A stretch of 64,000 nt of DNA, taken from positions 44,286 through 108,285 of IMG/VR virus record IMGVR_UViG_3300031368_000001; one strand, written 5' to 3'. Shown in pieces: positions 56,724 through 64,000 of this stretch (positions are counted from its first letter, which is position 1; every line of letters starts with the position of its first letter). Both the position numbers and the translations under genes were made by a program. The DNA comes from a virus. The notes beneath the pieces are model-generated. The model searched no databases. It saw only the letters and a list, made by a program, of their open reading frames with translations, and was not told where the DNA came from.

Positions 56724-58268
56724 CTACATCCCCCATACCTGTCCTTTTATTCCATAACTATTAAGCAATCCTACACTTTCCTTGGCTCTAGTAATTCCTA
56801 CATAAGCTACCCTGACTTCATCGTAAAATTGTTCTACATTGTTAATACAGCTTCGTAGACATTCCGGTGAGGTTCCCATATCCAACCAGACGTGATCCGC
56901 TTCTCCTCCCTTAACCGAGTGAAAAGTACCTAAAATTACCTTTGGCTCTTCCATCACATCTTCACAGTTCTTTAGCATTTCTCCACTCTGACCAACTAAC
57001 TTAAAAACTTCCTCCAGGGTTTTTTCAAAAGTTAAAAATTCTTTCGTAAATATTCCAGATGATATTACTCCGAACATATCTATCTCTTTATCGAGCTTCA
57101 TATCTTCAACCTGAGTCTTCATTCCTCTTATAATATTTCCATCTGCAATCACGTTCCGAGTCATATGTATAAAATCATTGGAGTTTATTACCTCTCCTCT
57201 TCCTAATTTTACATAGTTCCTGGCTGCTCTCCATACCTTAGTATTTAAAGGATTATAGACCATATCTCTAGGTCTATAGGGATTGTGCCACATAACTCTA
57301 TTTCTCAACAGATAATGTCGCCAGCGGTTAAGATGATAATTACATCTCCCCAAAATCATATGAGTTCCATCTAAACTCAAATCTGGTTCTGTGCATCTTA
57401 TTACTGAGCCCTCTATCCTAGTTGGTTCATATGTTACATCTTCCCTATTTTTTATTTGACTGATTACCTCCATGGCATACTCATGAACTTTTTTAGGCAC
57501 CCTGTAGGATTTACCTAGAATCTTCATCCATGTATGATTTAAGTTTACAAAGGCTTCGGGTACTGCCCCCGCGAATCTCAGAATTGCCTGATCAGAATCA
57601 CCTACATAGACCGTTGAAACTGTATCTTTTCCCCACATTTCTAATAAATTTACAGATAATCTGGACATATCCTGTGCTTCATCTACCATAAGGATATCTA
57701 TATCTGGCCCAAGCTTTGATTCTAAAGTTTTTTCGAGCATTCCAGTAAAGTCTGTATAATCATTTTCTCTCATCCAGTTCTGCCAATCCGTGTACATACT
57801 TTTAAGACGTAGATCCGACCATTCTTTGAAAGGTACCATCTGATGTCTCAGCATTTGAATTTCAGCAAACCGGCGTTTATTCTGTTCTGGGGTATGTTTG
57901 TCGGTATCTTCCTTAAATTCATCCCTCTCAGTTATTTCTACATTGAGAGGCATTCTCCATTCAGGGTAAGCTTCATTGAATTCCTTGATCTTTTTGTCTG
58001 CTACCTTTTCTTTTTTTAGCTCAAGAAGATTAAAACATGTGGAGTGTATGGTACGAATATTTTTAGCAGCTTCTCTGGGCAGGCCCGTCTGTTTTTTTAC
58101 CCGGTCTCTCATTTCTTCGATTGCTGCATTGGTTAGAGATACGGCACCTATTCGTTCAGGATCATATCTTTTAGCGGCCTGCTCGATGAGTTTAAGAAGG
58201 TAGGTGGTCTTGCCTGTTCCGGGGGCACCTACGACTTTAGCTCTTTTGTGGGTTTTGTGATGGGTCAT
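56724..58268 (-). CDS. UvrD/Rep-like superfamily 1 helicase
   Basis: GAPGTGKT, SLTNAA, TIHS, VDEAQD, VGDSDQAI..F.GA, SYR, TFHSVKGGEAD, YVGITRAK. Confidence 0.93.
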   Translation of the reverse strand: MTHHKTHKRAKVVGAPGTGKTTYLLKLIEQAAKRYDPERIGAVSLTNAAIEEMRDRVKKQTGLPREAAKNIRTIHSTCFNLLELKKEKVADKKIKEFNEAYPEWRMPLNVEITERDEFKEDTDKHTPEQNKRRFAEIQMLRHQMVPFKEWSDLRLKSMYTDWQNWMRENDYTDFTGMLEKTLESKLGPDIDILMVDEAQDMSRLSVNLLEMWGKDTVSTVYVGDSDQAILRFAGAVPEAFVNLNHTWMKILGKSYRVPKKVHEYAMEVISQIKNREDVTYEPTRIEGSVIRCTEPDLSLDGTHMILGRCNYHLNRWRHYLLRNRVMWHNPYRPRDMVYNPLNTKVWRAARNYVKLGRGEVINSNDFIHMTRNVIADGNIIRGMKTQVEDMKLDKEIDMFGVISSGIFTKEFLTFEKTLEEVFKLVGQSGEMLKNCEDVMEEPKVILGTFHSVKGGEADHVWLDMGTSPECLRSCINNVEQFYDEVRVAYVGITRAKESVGLLNSYGIKGQVWGM

Positions 58269-58290
58269 AAGAATTAACTTTCAGTGTTTT

Positions 58291-58659
58291 CTAGTTCTTT
58301 AGGTTACTCTTTTCTTTTTTTTTACTGCTTCCTACTTCCTTAATATATTTTTCAAGCACTTGTGCAATAGCATCAGGGATAGACTTTACTAAGCCTTTTC
58401 CTACATAAAGAGGCTTATCATCCATAATATCTTTTAATTGTTTAATAATATCTTCAAGAGGGATACTATTCCTGAGAGCTAACGAGCAAAGTCTGCCTAT
58501 TGTTTCAGATTTTGCCATTAAACTCCCACCACTTTTTCCCATAAATGCAAATACTTCAAATGGTTTATCCTCTTTAAAAGTTACGTTTACATAAAGATTG
58601 CCATAGCCTGTCTTGATTTTAGTTGTTTTACTTGGCAATGTTTCTGGTCTATCTTCCAT
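58291..58659 (-). CDS. stand-alone TSCPD domain (C-terminal module of class II ribonucleotide reductase)
   Basis: RPETL...T.KIKTGYGNLYV.V...KPFEVF..MGKSG...GRLCSLALR...SIPDAIA. Confidence 0.85.
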   Translation of the reverse strand: MEDRPETLPSKTTKIKTGYGNLYVNVTFKEDKPFEVFAFMGKSGGSLMAKSETIGRLCSLALRNSIPLEDIIKQLKDIMDDKPLYVGKGLVKSIPDAIAQVLEKYIKEVGSSKKKEKSNLKN

Positions 58660-58703
58660 TACTTATCTCCTAACGCCGCTAATAACCTGCCCAAAATAGC
58701 AGT

Positions 58704-58892
58704 TTATTTTGGGTCAAAGTTCATTTGTTTGTTAGATGGATGATTAAGAAGTTTTTCAGTGCTTTTCACTATCTGCTGAAAAAAATTAAGCAAAAATTCT
58801 AAATCCCTTTTGGTAAACTGGCCTTCTTTCATTGCCACCATGATTTGTCTACAAGCATTTTCTATAATTTCTGCACTTATCATATTGTCCAT
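58704..58892 (-). CDS. cassette B11 hypothetical protein
   Basis: Cassette GTTAGATGGA...TCCATCTAAC (10-bp perfect complement); the ORF reads into the attC. Confidence 0.65.
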   Translation of the reverse strand: MDNMISAEIIENACRQIMVAMKEGQFTKRDLEFLLNFFQQIVKSTEKLLNHPSNKQMNFDPK

Positions 58893-58945
58893 CTAACGCC
58901 TGAGATAACCCGCCTGCGATTAGCAGATCGGAGTTCAGAGACTGG

Positions 58946-59167
58946 TTATGCATCTTTGCAACTTTCAATAAGAACCATTCTAAGCGCGTCCATTTCCTGA
59001 GTAGCATGGTAATAGAACTGTTTGATTTTTGCTAACAGTCTTTCTTCAACAAATTGCATCTGAATTTGTACTTCTTTGCTACCACGAAAATCACCTATTT
59101 CCTCTATTTTCCGTTCAAGACTGATTCGCTGTCTCACATATTGTTCATATGCTTCTTTATCAAACAT
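58946..59167 (-). CDS. cassette B10 hypothetical protein
   Basis: ATTATGCA...TGCATAAC ends; stop codon in R''. Confidence 0.65.
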   Translation of the reverse strand: MFDKEAYEQYVRQRISLERKIEEIGDFRGSKEVQIQMQFVEERLLAKIKQFYYHATQEMDALRMVLIESCKDA

Positions 59168-59208
59168 GGTCTGGAACCTTCTTTCTTAAATCTGCATAAT
59201 GCCAAGCA

Positions 59209-59493
59209 TCACTCGCCAGCGTTTTTACTGGTCGAGTGAATGCTATCGTTAGCGACATTTTTATGGTGCTCGCTAAATTGCTCAAACAAAACATCAAGTT
59301 TGCTCTCCATTTTTCTATCACAATCCTCGCACAGATAAGTATGTCGCCTCTTATTTTCGGTCGACACAAGATGATAATGCTGCGAGCATGCTTCCTTTCC
59401 GCAGGACCAGCACGTAAGGATGGTATGCAAATCGTCTTCTCTTGCACCGCAAATATCACAATATTTAACTTCAACTTCCTCTTTTTTCCTCAT
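59209..59493 (-). CDS. cassette B9 zinc-finger protein
   Basis: CDIC...CWSC...CSQH...CEDC; AAGGAGG RBS. Confidence 0.7.
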   Translation of the reverse strand: MRKKEEVEVKYCDICGAREDDLHTILTCWSCGKEACSQHYHLVSTENKRRHTYLCEDCDRKMESKLDVLFEQFSEHHKNVANDSIHSTSKNAGE

Positions 59494-59570
59494 CTACTAT
59501 CCTCCTTTTAAGGATTGCTAACGCCTGACCTAACCCGCCCAGCTATGCTGGGTCGGAGTTGAGTGAATTG

Positions 59571-59783
59571 TTATAAAGATTTTTTTAGTTTTATCATTGA
59601 TGAAACACCTATTAAAAAAGGCATAACTGCACCAACAAAAGGCATCCATATTGCATCCCACCAAGTAATTAAATAAGGATCTTCTGTCATTGTACCGACT
59701 TTAGCAACCAGTAAACCATAGAAAAAAGCACACCAAGCTATTCCTAAAATAAATGTTGGCCAATCTACTCTATCTTTAAACAT
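59571..59783 (-). CDS. cassette B8 two-TM membrane protein
   Basis: Two hydrophobic helices; 16-bp perfect end complementarity GTTATAAAGATTTTTT. Confidence 0.7.
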   Translation of the reverse strand: MFKDRVDWPTFILGIAWCAFFYGLLVAKVGTMTEDPYLITWWDAIWMPFVGAVMPFLIGVSSMIKLKKSL

Positions 59784-59858
59784 TATTTAAACCTCCTAAA
59801 AAATCTTTATAACGCCGCCGGTAAGCCGCGCTTTATTGCGTCGGCTGGAGTAGCCTTG

Positions 59859-60404
59859 TTATATTCGTTTTTGTCCATAATCCTTCTTTTTGATTTTTCC
59901 CATTCTTCCATCAGGGTGGTGAAATACGATTCCTTCAATGTCCTTATCTTTCATGAAATCGGATATACCTTCAAATGTTCTCTGCACGGTTTTAAATACT
60001 TGAGCTTTCTCATGTTTCACAAGGGCATGAACATTATATCCCTCTGGATTCCCTTGAATTTTTGGCCCGACAAGCTCATATGTGCCATCAGATAGCTTTT
60101 CTGAGAAAGTTTCCATGTGCCACCGGTCTTCTTTAAGGCTTCGATCTACTGGAACCCAACCAACACGCTTCCCTGTATTTTCATCAAATTCTTCTTCAAT
60201 AAAATTATTTGGTGCAACCCTACCCTTTTTTACTTCTCTGCGTTTGAAATAATTCCCGTTTTCTATTTTTACGCATGTGCCGTCATATTTTCGAGTCGCC
60301 ACGCCTTCACCATTAAAAACCCATTCACAATCAAGATGATGTTCATGAAGGATTTCACGCATATTCTCAGGGTTCCTTTTAAAGATTGTTGGTATTTTCC
60401 TCAT
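59859..60404 (-). CDS. cassette B7 RNA-ligase-like protein (DUF5565/RLIG1-like)
   Basis: ATRKYDGTC (motif I KxDG), TYELVGPKIQGNP, IEGIVFHH..G.M.KIK. Confidence 0.75.
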   Translation of the reverse strand: MRKIPTIFKRNPENMREILHEHHLDCEWVFNGEGVATRKYDGTCVKIENGNYFKRREVKKGRVAPNNFIEEEFDENTGKRVGWVPVDRSLKEDRWHMETFSEKLSDGTYELVGPKIQGNPEGYNVHALVKHEKAQVFKTVQRTFEGISDFMKDKDIEGIVFHHPDGRMGKIKKKDYGQKRI

Positions 60405-60482
60405 GACTCTTCCTCCTTTCAAAGAATATAACGCTTGAGCTAACCAGCCGTGTGATTAGCACGGTCTGAGTTGAGTGATTCG

Positions 60483-60707
60483 TTATAATTGTCCAGCATC
60501 TTGTAATATTTCTGGTGTTACATCTTTTTTCTCAATATACTCACACCGGAGATACCCCCCTCCTTGGTCAATTCTATTTACCAATATAAACCTACAGCTT
60601 TCTTTGCTCAAGGCTGTTTCAATAAGTTTATGTTCAATGTATGCATTGGCCGGAGTAATGTCCCATTGACTCAATGCAGCCCATCCGTATCTTTCACCTG
60701 TATTCAT
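60483..60707 (-). CDS. cassette B6 hypothetical protein
   Basis: GTTATAATT...AATTATAAC ends; GGAGG RBS. Confidence 0.65.
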   Translation of the reverse strand: MNTGERYGWAALSQWDITPANAYIEHKLIETALSKESCRFILVNRIDQGGGYLRCEYIEKKDVTPEILQDAGQL

Positions 60708-60751
60708 TTTGACCCTCCCTAAATTATAACGCCTGCGATCAGCCGCAGCGG

Positions 60752-60952
60752 TTAGCTGTCGGCTTCAGAGGCCTGGTTATCTGTTTTCTCTATCAATACT
60801 TTTATCTCGTCTACACGTCGCTTGACATCTAAATCGCCTTTATATGACAACGTACCATAGAATGTTGGGTCAAGTCCTTTGGGTACAATCTTTACCCAAT
60901 CTGGAACAAATGACATTAAATATTTGCATGCCTCCAATAGATCGCTTTGCAT
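60752..60952 (-). CDS. cassette B5 hypothetical protein
   Basis: GTTATCTGT...ACAGATAAC ends; AAGGAG RBS before MQSDLL. Confidence 0.65.
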   Translation of the reverse strand: MQSDLLEACKYLMSFVPDWVKIVPKGLDPTFYGTLSYKGDLDVKRRVDEIKVLIEKTDNQASEADS

Positions 60953-61017
60953 TATTTTAATCTCCTTTACAGATAACGCCTGAGCTAACCCACCCAAAAT
61001 AGCGTAGCTATTGAGGG

Positions 61018-61239
61018 TCAGAGTTCAGGGGCCTGGTTATGTGATTCAATTATTTCTTTGATACCATTCAGAACATGCCTCATATTACTTGCTGAAATTG
61101 CATCAAGGGTCATACCGTGCTGTTTCAAAACTTTATGCGCTTTCTTAAAATCAGGCTCAGGGAAAACGCTTAATGGATACGCATTAATCCAAGTTTTAAT
61201 TTTACGCATCTTATCTTGTAATTCTTCTAATTCGCTCAT
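61018..61239 (-). CDS. cassette B4 conserved phage hypothetical protein
   Basis: W.NAYPL.VFPEPD..KA..VL...GMTLDAISAS.MRH. Confidence 0.7.
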   Translation of the reverse strand: MSELEELQDKMRKIKTWINAYPLSVFPEPDFKKAHKVLKQHGMTLDAISASNMRHVLNGIKEIIESHNQAPEL

Positions 61240-61312
61240 TTTCCCTCCGTATAACGCCTGAGCTCACCAGCCAGATTAGCAAAGCTATATCTGGTCGGAG
61301 TTCAGGTATTTG

Positions 61313-61522
61313 TTATATTCCATCTTTCCATTGCTTATAATGTAAATCAACTTTCTTTTGGTCATACTCGAAAGAATTTATAGGAGTTCTACGAAGCTGC
61401 ATAAGTTTTATTAATATATGCTCATACGCAGTCTCAGCTTTCCCTGTTCCGTTATCCATTACAGAACATACTATGTCGATAATTTCTTCATCATTACTAC
61501 GGTCAATATAATTAACGCTCAT
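61313..61522 (-). CDS. cassette B3 hypothetical protein
   Basis: GGAGG RBS; stop codon in R''. Confidence 0.65.
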   Translation of the reverse strand: MSVNYIDRSNDEEIIDIVCSVMDNGTGKAETAYEHILIKLMQLRRTPINSFEYDQKKVDLHYKQWKDGI

Positions 61523-61603
61523 AACCTACCTCCAATTCATTAGAAATTTAACGCCTGACCTAACCAGCGGGCGTTTTACTAGCCCGTCTGGTTTAGGGAT
61601 TTG

Positions 61604-61849
61604 TTAGCCACGATTTTGTGGCCTCTCCTGATTGTCTTTTTCAATAGCTTCCATCAAATTTTGTAATGACTTTCGAGTATTTAATGATTGCCCGCCACCC
61701 GACAAAGTACAGAATTCAGCATTTTGTATGAAATGCTTTGATTCTTTTCGGTCGGGAATGATGGATACAATCATATCTCCATCATCTTGCTGACATATAA
61801 CCAACCGCCCTGTTGGACTCATATCTTCGTATCGTTCAACTTGCTTCAC
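61604..61849 (-). CDS. cassette B2 hypothetical protein
   Basis: GTG start after AAGGAGG; REDMSP.G.L....DDGD.IV...EFC..GGG.S. Confidence 0.65.
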   Translation of the reverse strand: MKQVERYEDMSPTGRLVICQQDDGDMIVSIIPDRKESKHFIQNAEFCTLSGGGQSLNTRKSLQNLMEAIEKDNQERPQNRG

Positions 61850-61889
61850 TTTATCCTCCTTGGTGCCTAACGCCGCCGATAAGCCGCAG

Positions 61890-62057
61890 CTATTCACTGT
61901 CGGCTTCAGTGGCTTGGTTAGATTTTTCTTCTTTTTCTACACATTCAAGGCATTTCTCTTCATTAAAATCGAATTCATCTGCCTCAAAAAGCTCCCAACA
62001 TTCAGTACAACGATATAATTTTGGAATGCCGGTATCATTAAACCAATTAGTCGCCAT
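61890..62057 (-). CDS. cassette B1 zinc-ribbon protein (55 aa, not in ORF track)
   Basis: MATNWFNDTGIPKLYRCTECWE...KCLECVE; AGGAGG RBS; reads into the attC. Confidence 0.6.
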   Translation of the reverse strand: MATNWFNDTGIPKLYRCTECWELFEADEFDFNEEKCLECVEKEEKSNQATEADSE

Positions 62058-62071
62058 AATTACCTCCTAAA

Positions 62072-62114
62072 ACCCAACGTACATTATTAACCAGAAAAAT
62101 ATCTATATATAAAC
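62072..62114 (-). mobile_element. attI-like primary recombination site B heading array B
   Basis: Minus strand GTTTATATATAGATATTTTTCTGGTTAATAATGTAC/GTT, 36/39 identical to 2855-2893. Confidence 0.75.
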
Positions 62115-62139
62115 TAAGATATAAAAAACTTACTCATAT

Positions 62140-62490
62140 TTATTTTTCATCGACCCACCTATCATTTTCATCTTTCACCTCAATTTTCAAATTCTCAGGT
62201 TTCATCGCTTTATCGATTCTTTGTTCCATAGTCTTGCCTGAATCAATTTCATAAGCAAGCCAATTAAGCCACAACTTGAATTTTCCTGAAGCAGCAAGCC
62301 GACGTAAAGCAAGACCTTTATTACGGTACTGACTCCTATCTGTGTGACTTTCGCCAATAGCGCCAGAAGCTCGGTGAATTATACGAACTGCTGAATCTGT
62401 CTTATTAATTTTTTGTCCACCATGTCCGCTGGACTTAAAGGTCTGAACGATAAAATCCTTTTTAGTGAGTGTAATCAGATGTTCTCTCAT
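62140..62490 (-). CDS. peptide chain release factor-like protein (RF-1 GGQ domain; ArfB/PrfH-like)
   Basis: FKSSGHGGQKINKTDSAVRIIH..SG......RSQ.RNK..AL.RL. Confidence 0.88.
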   Translation of the reverse strand: MREHLITLTKKDFIVQTFKSSGHGGQKINKTDSAVRIIHRASGAIGESHTDRSQYRNKGLALRRLAASGKFKLWLNWLAYEIDSGKTMEQRIDKAMKPENLKIEVKDENDRWVDEK

Positions 62491-62639
62491 TTTTATCTCT
62501 TCTCAATAACCATCTTAAGTCCTTTTGTTATCGCGTCTTGAATCGATTTGATTTTTCTTTCTTCCTGTAGTCTTCTAAGCTTAAGCCACATTTCATGAGT
62601 AATTCTTACCGTGAGGGGATGTTTGTTATTAGACATATA

Positions 62640-62840
62640 TTATCGAGGCTCCGTCCGATAAGGCTGAAGCTGAGGTGTTGTAATAATTTCTTCTAGCCAA
62701 TAAACAAGAATGCTATCATCCTCAATAGTGTATTCTGTTCCGCAATGTTTACACTTCACTTTCTTATCATCAATATTCCATGCAATAAACTTTCCACACT
62801 TACACTTATTTCGTCTGTCTTTCATAATTTTATTCCTCAA
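62640..62840 (-). CDS. zinc-ribbon protein
   Basis: CKCG...CKHCG. Confidence 0.55.
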   Translation of the reverse strand: MRNKIMKDRRNKCKCGKFIAWNIDDKKVKCKHCGTEYTIEDDSILVYWLEEIITTPQLQPYRTEPR

Positions 62841-63188
62841 TATTCTTTAGTATGACAATTCTCACACTCATAATAATATCCACCATATCTAGACTGATAG
62901 TGCATAAATCCACCACACTCGCATTGCTTTCCAAATGCATCACAGCAGCCGGTCGGTCTATTCGTTGTATACTTCATTTCATCCATTATGAGTGTTACGA
63001 CTTTATCTTTATTTTTAGTTTCTTTATCCCATAATTTTTTCTAATTTCTATCCTATCACATCTGATACCATGGTGCAATAAAAAAGTGAAATTTTTTTAT
63101 TTTTTTTTAAGTGCTTTTTGCAAAACTGAATCTTGAGCTTTGGAAAATATATTTTCTTTTTTTATCTCTTTTCTTTTTATTATAAAAA

Positions 63189-63416
63189 CTACATACATAT
63201 TTTATCTATTCGTTTTCTTATTTCTTTTAACCTCTCTTGTTCAGGTTGACACTCCACAGGTAATAAATTCTCTGCTGCCTGGATAAGGTCTTGAGCAAAC
63301 AATAACGACTCCTCTTCAGCCATTATCTCTGCTATTTTCTGCAAAAAGGTATCCTGCCAGATGATTATCTTTTTTTTGTTATCTTTTTTCACTTTTTCTA
63401 CTGTGATTGTTATCAT
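63189..63416 (-). CDS. hypothetical protein
   Basis: AGGAGG RBS. Confidence 0.55.
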   Translation of the reverse strand: MITITVEKVKKDNKKKIIIWQDTFLQKIAEIMAEEESLLFAQDLIQAAENLLPVECQPEQERLKEIRKRIDKICM

Positions 63417-63498
63417 GGAGACCTCCTATGAATTTATTGTCACCAATAATTGTGAATTCACGAGTCGACTTTACTGACCTAGCTATTATATAACAGTA

Positions 63499-63684
63499 TT
63501 ACTTCCACCATCTCTTTTTTATTATCTTCACAAACTCTATCTTTCCTCCAACAATCTTACTCATATCTTGCAGTATTCTATTTATTATATCCCACCAACA
63601 ATATTCAGGCCATAATTTTTCTGAAGTTTCATCGAGTTTCTTTACCAGTTTATCCGGGAGTGTTAGTTTGAGTAAGATTTGCAT
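63499..63684 (-). CDS. hypothetical protein, paralog of 16558-16764
   Basis: MQILLKLTLPDK..KKLDETSEKL...CWWDII. Confidence 0.6.
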   Translation of the reverse strand: MQILLKLTLPDKLVKKLDETSEKLWPEYCWWDIINRILQDMSKIVGGKIEFVKIIKKRWWK

Positions 63685-63851
63685 GGTGGATTTTTTCCCA
63701 AGACATACCATTCAACAAGAAGAATTAAAGGAATTATTATTAATAAAATTTTAAACCAAAAAAACCAACTAATTATATTACCTGGAGTAATGACTGTTAA
63801 ACAACAGCTGATCCAATATATCCACAGATATTCTTTCAGAAATTCTTTCAT
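63663..63851 (-). CDS. small membrane protein
   Basis: Two hydrophobic segments. Confidence 0.5.
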   Translation of the reverse strand: MKEFLKEYLWIYWISCCLTVITPGNIISWFFWFKILLIIIPLILLVEWYVLGKNPPCKSYSN

Positions 63852-63878
63852 TTAAGCCTCTCTTTTTATATTAATCTC

Positions 63879-63907
63879 ACTATATCCTATTATTTTATCC
63901 ATGTCAA
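63879..63907 (-). promoter_or_regulatory. sigma70-type promoter TTGACA-17-TATAGT
   Basis: Near-consensus, upstream of the minus-strand early genes leading into array B. Confidence 0.65.
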
Positions 63908-64000
63908 AAGAAAAACGCAATATGTCTGACTTGACAATAACTTTATCCACCAACTCGATCTCCGCGTCTGGTATCGCTCTTTCGATGCAGTGTGGAGAGA

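Larger units (their letters stand above)
58668..62078 (-). mobile_element. integron-like gene cassette array B (11 cassettes, 11 attC sites)
   Basis: attC hairpins at 58668-58737, 58891-58951, 59194-59254, 59516-59576, 59807-59864, 60426-60488, 60724-60782, 60971-61042, 61249-61318, 61546-61609 and 61865-61923, each downstream of one minus-strand ORF; cassette ends complementary. Confidence 0.92.

Noticed and set aside
58668-62078. Regularly spaced palindromic repeats as a CRISPR array or REP/BIME elements
   Set aside because: The repeats are divergent 58-72 bp hairpins separated by whole genes, with cassette-specific AAC/GTT ends; this fits attC, not CRISPR or REP
1-64000. Alternative genetic code (prompted by the release-factor-like gene)
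   Set aside because: Long conserved genes are intact in code 11 and use all three stops; the RF-like protein has only the GGQ domain
1-64000. Integron integrase gene
   Set aside because: No ORF shows tyrosine-recombinase R-H-x-x-R-H-Y motifs

Overview
AT-rich segment of a large dsDNA bacteriophage (or prophage), probably of a Gram-negative host (GH108 lysin, beta-barrel protein). From left to right: (1) an AAA ATPase/vWA pair and many small early genes (+). (2) A repeat-rich non-coding region, a candidate origin. (3) A replication module: Prim-Pol, VRR-NUC and SNF2 helicase, followed by small genes. (4) A long minus-strand unit: terS, terL, DUF935 portal, intein-split ATP-dependent DNA ligase, a 13-kb glycosyltransferase/methyltransferase cluster, polyvalent proteins and a lysin. 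(5) tRNA-Pro, UvrD helicase and further small genes (-). The main discovery is an integron-like gene-cassette system embedded in phage early-gene regions. There are two arrays: 2.9-4.2 kb on + (with 2 further cassettes at 5.8-6.2 kb) and 58.7-62.1 kb on -. Together they hold about 17 attC-type hairpins. Each cassette has its own matched GTT.../...AAC ends, and both arrays are headed by the same 39-bp attI-like site (36/39 identical). No integrase gene is present in the window. Two ORF-less cassettes fold into tRNA-like RNAs, and a separate pseudoknotted ncRNA candidate lies just downstream of tRNA-Pro. No capsid or tail genes were recognised.
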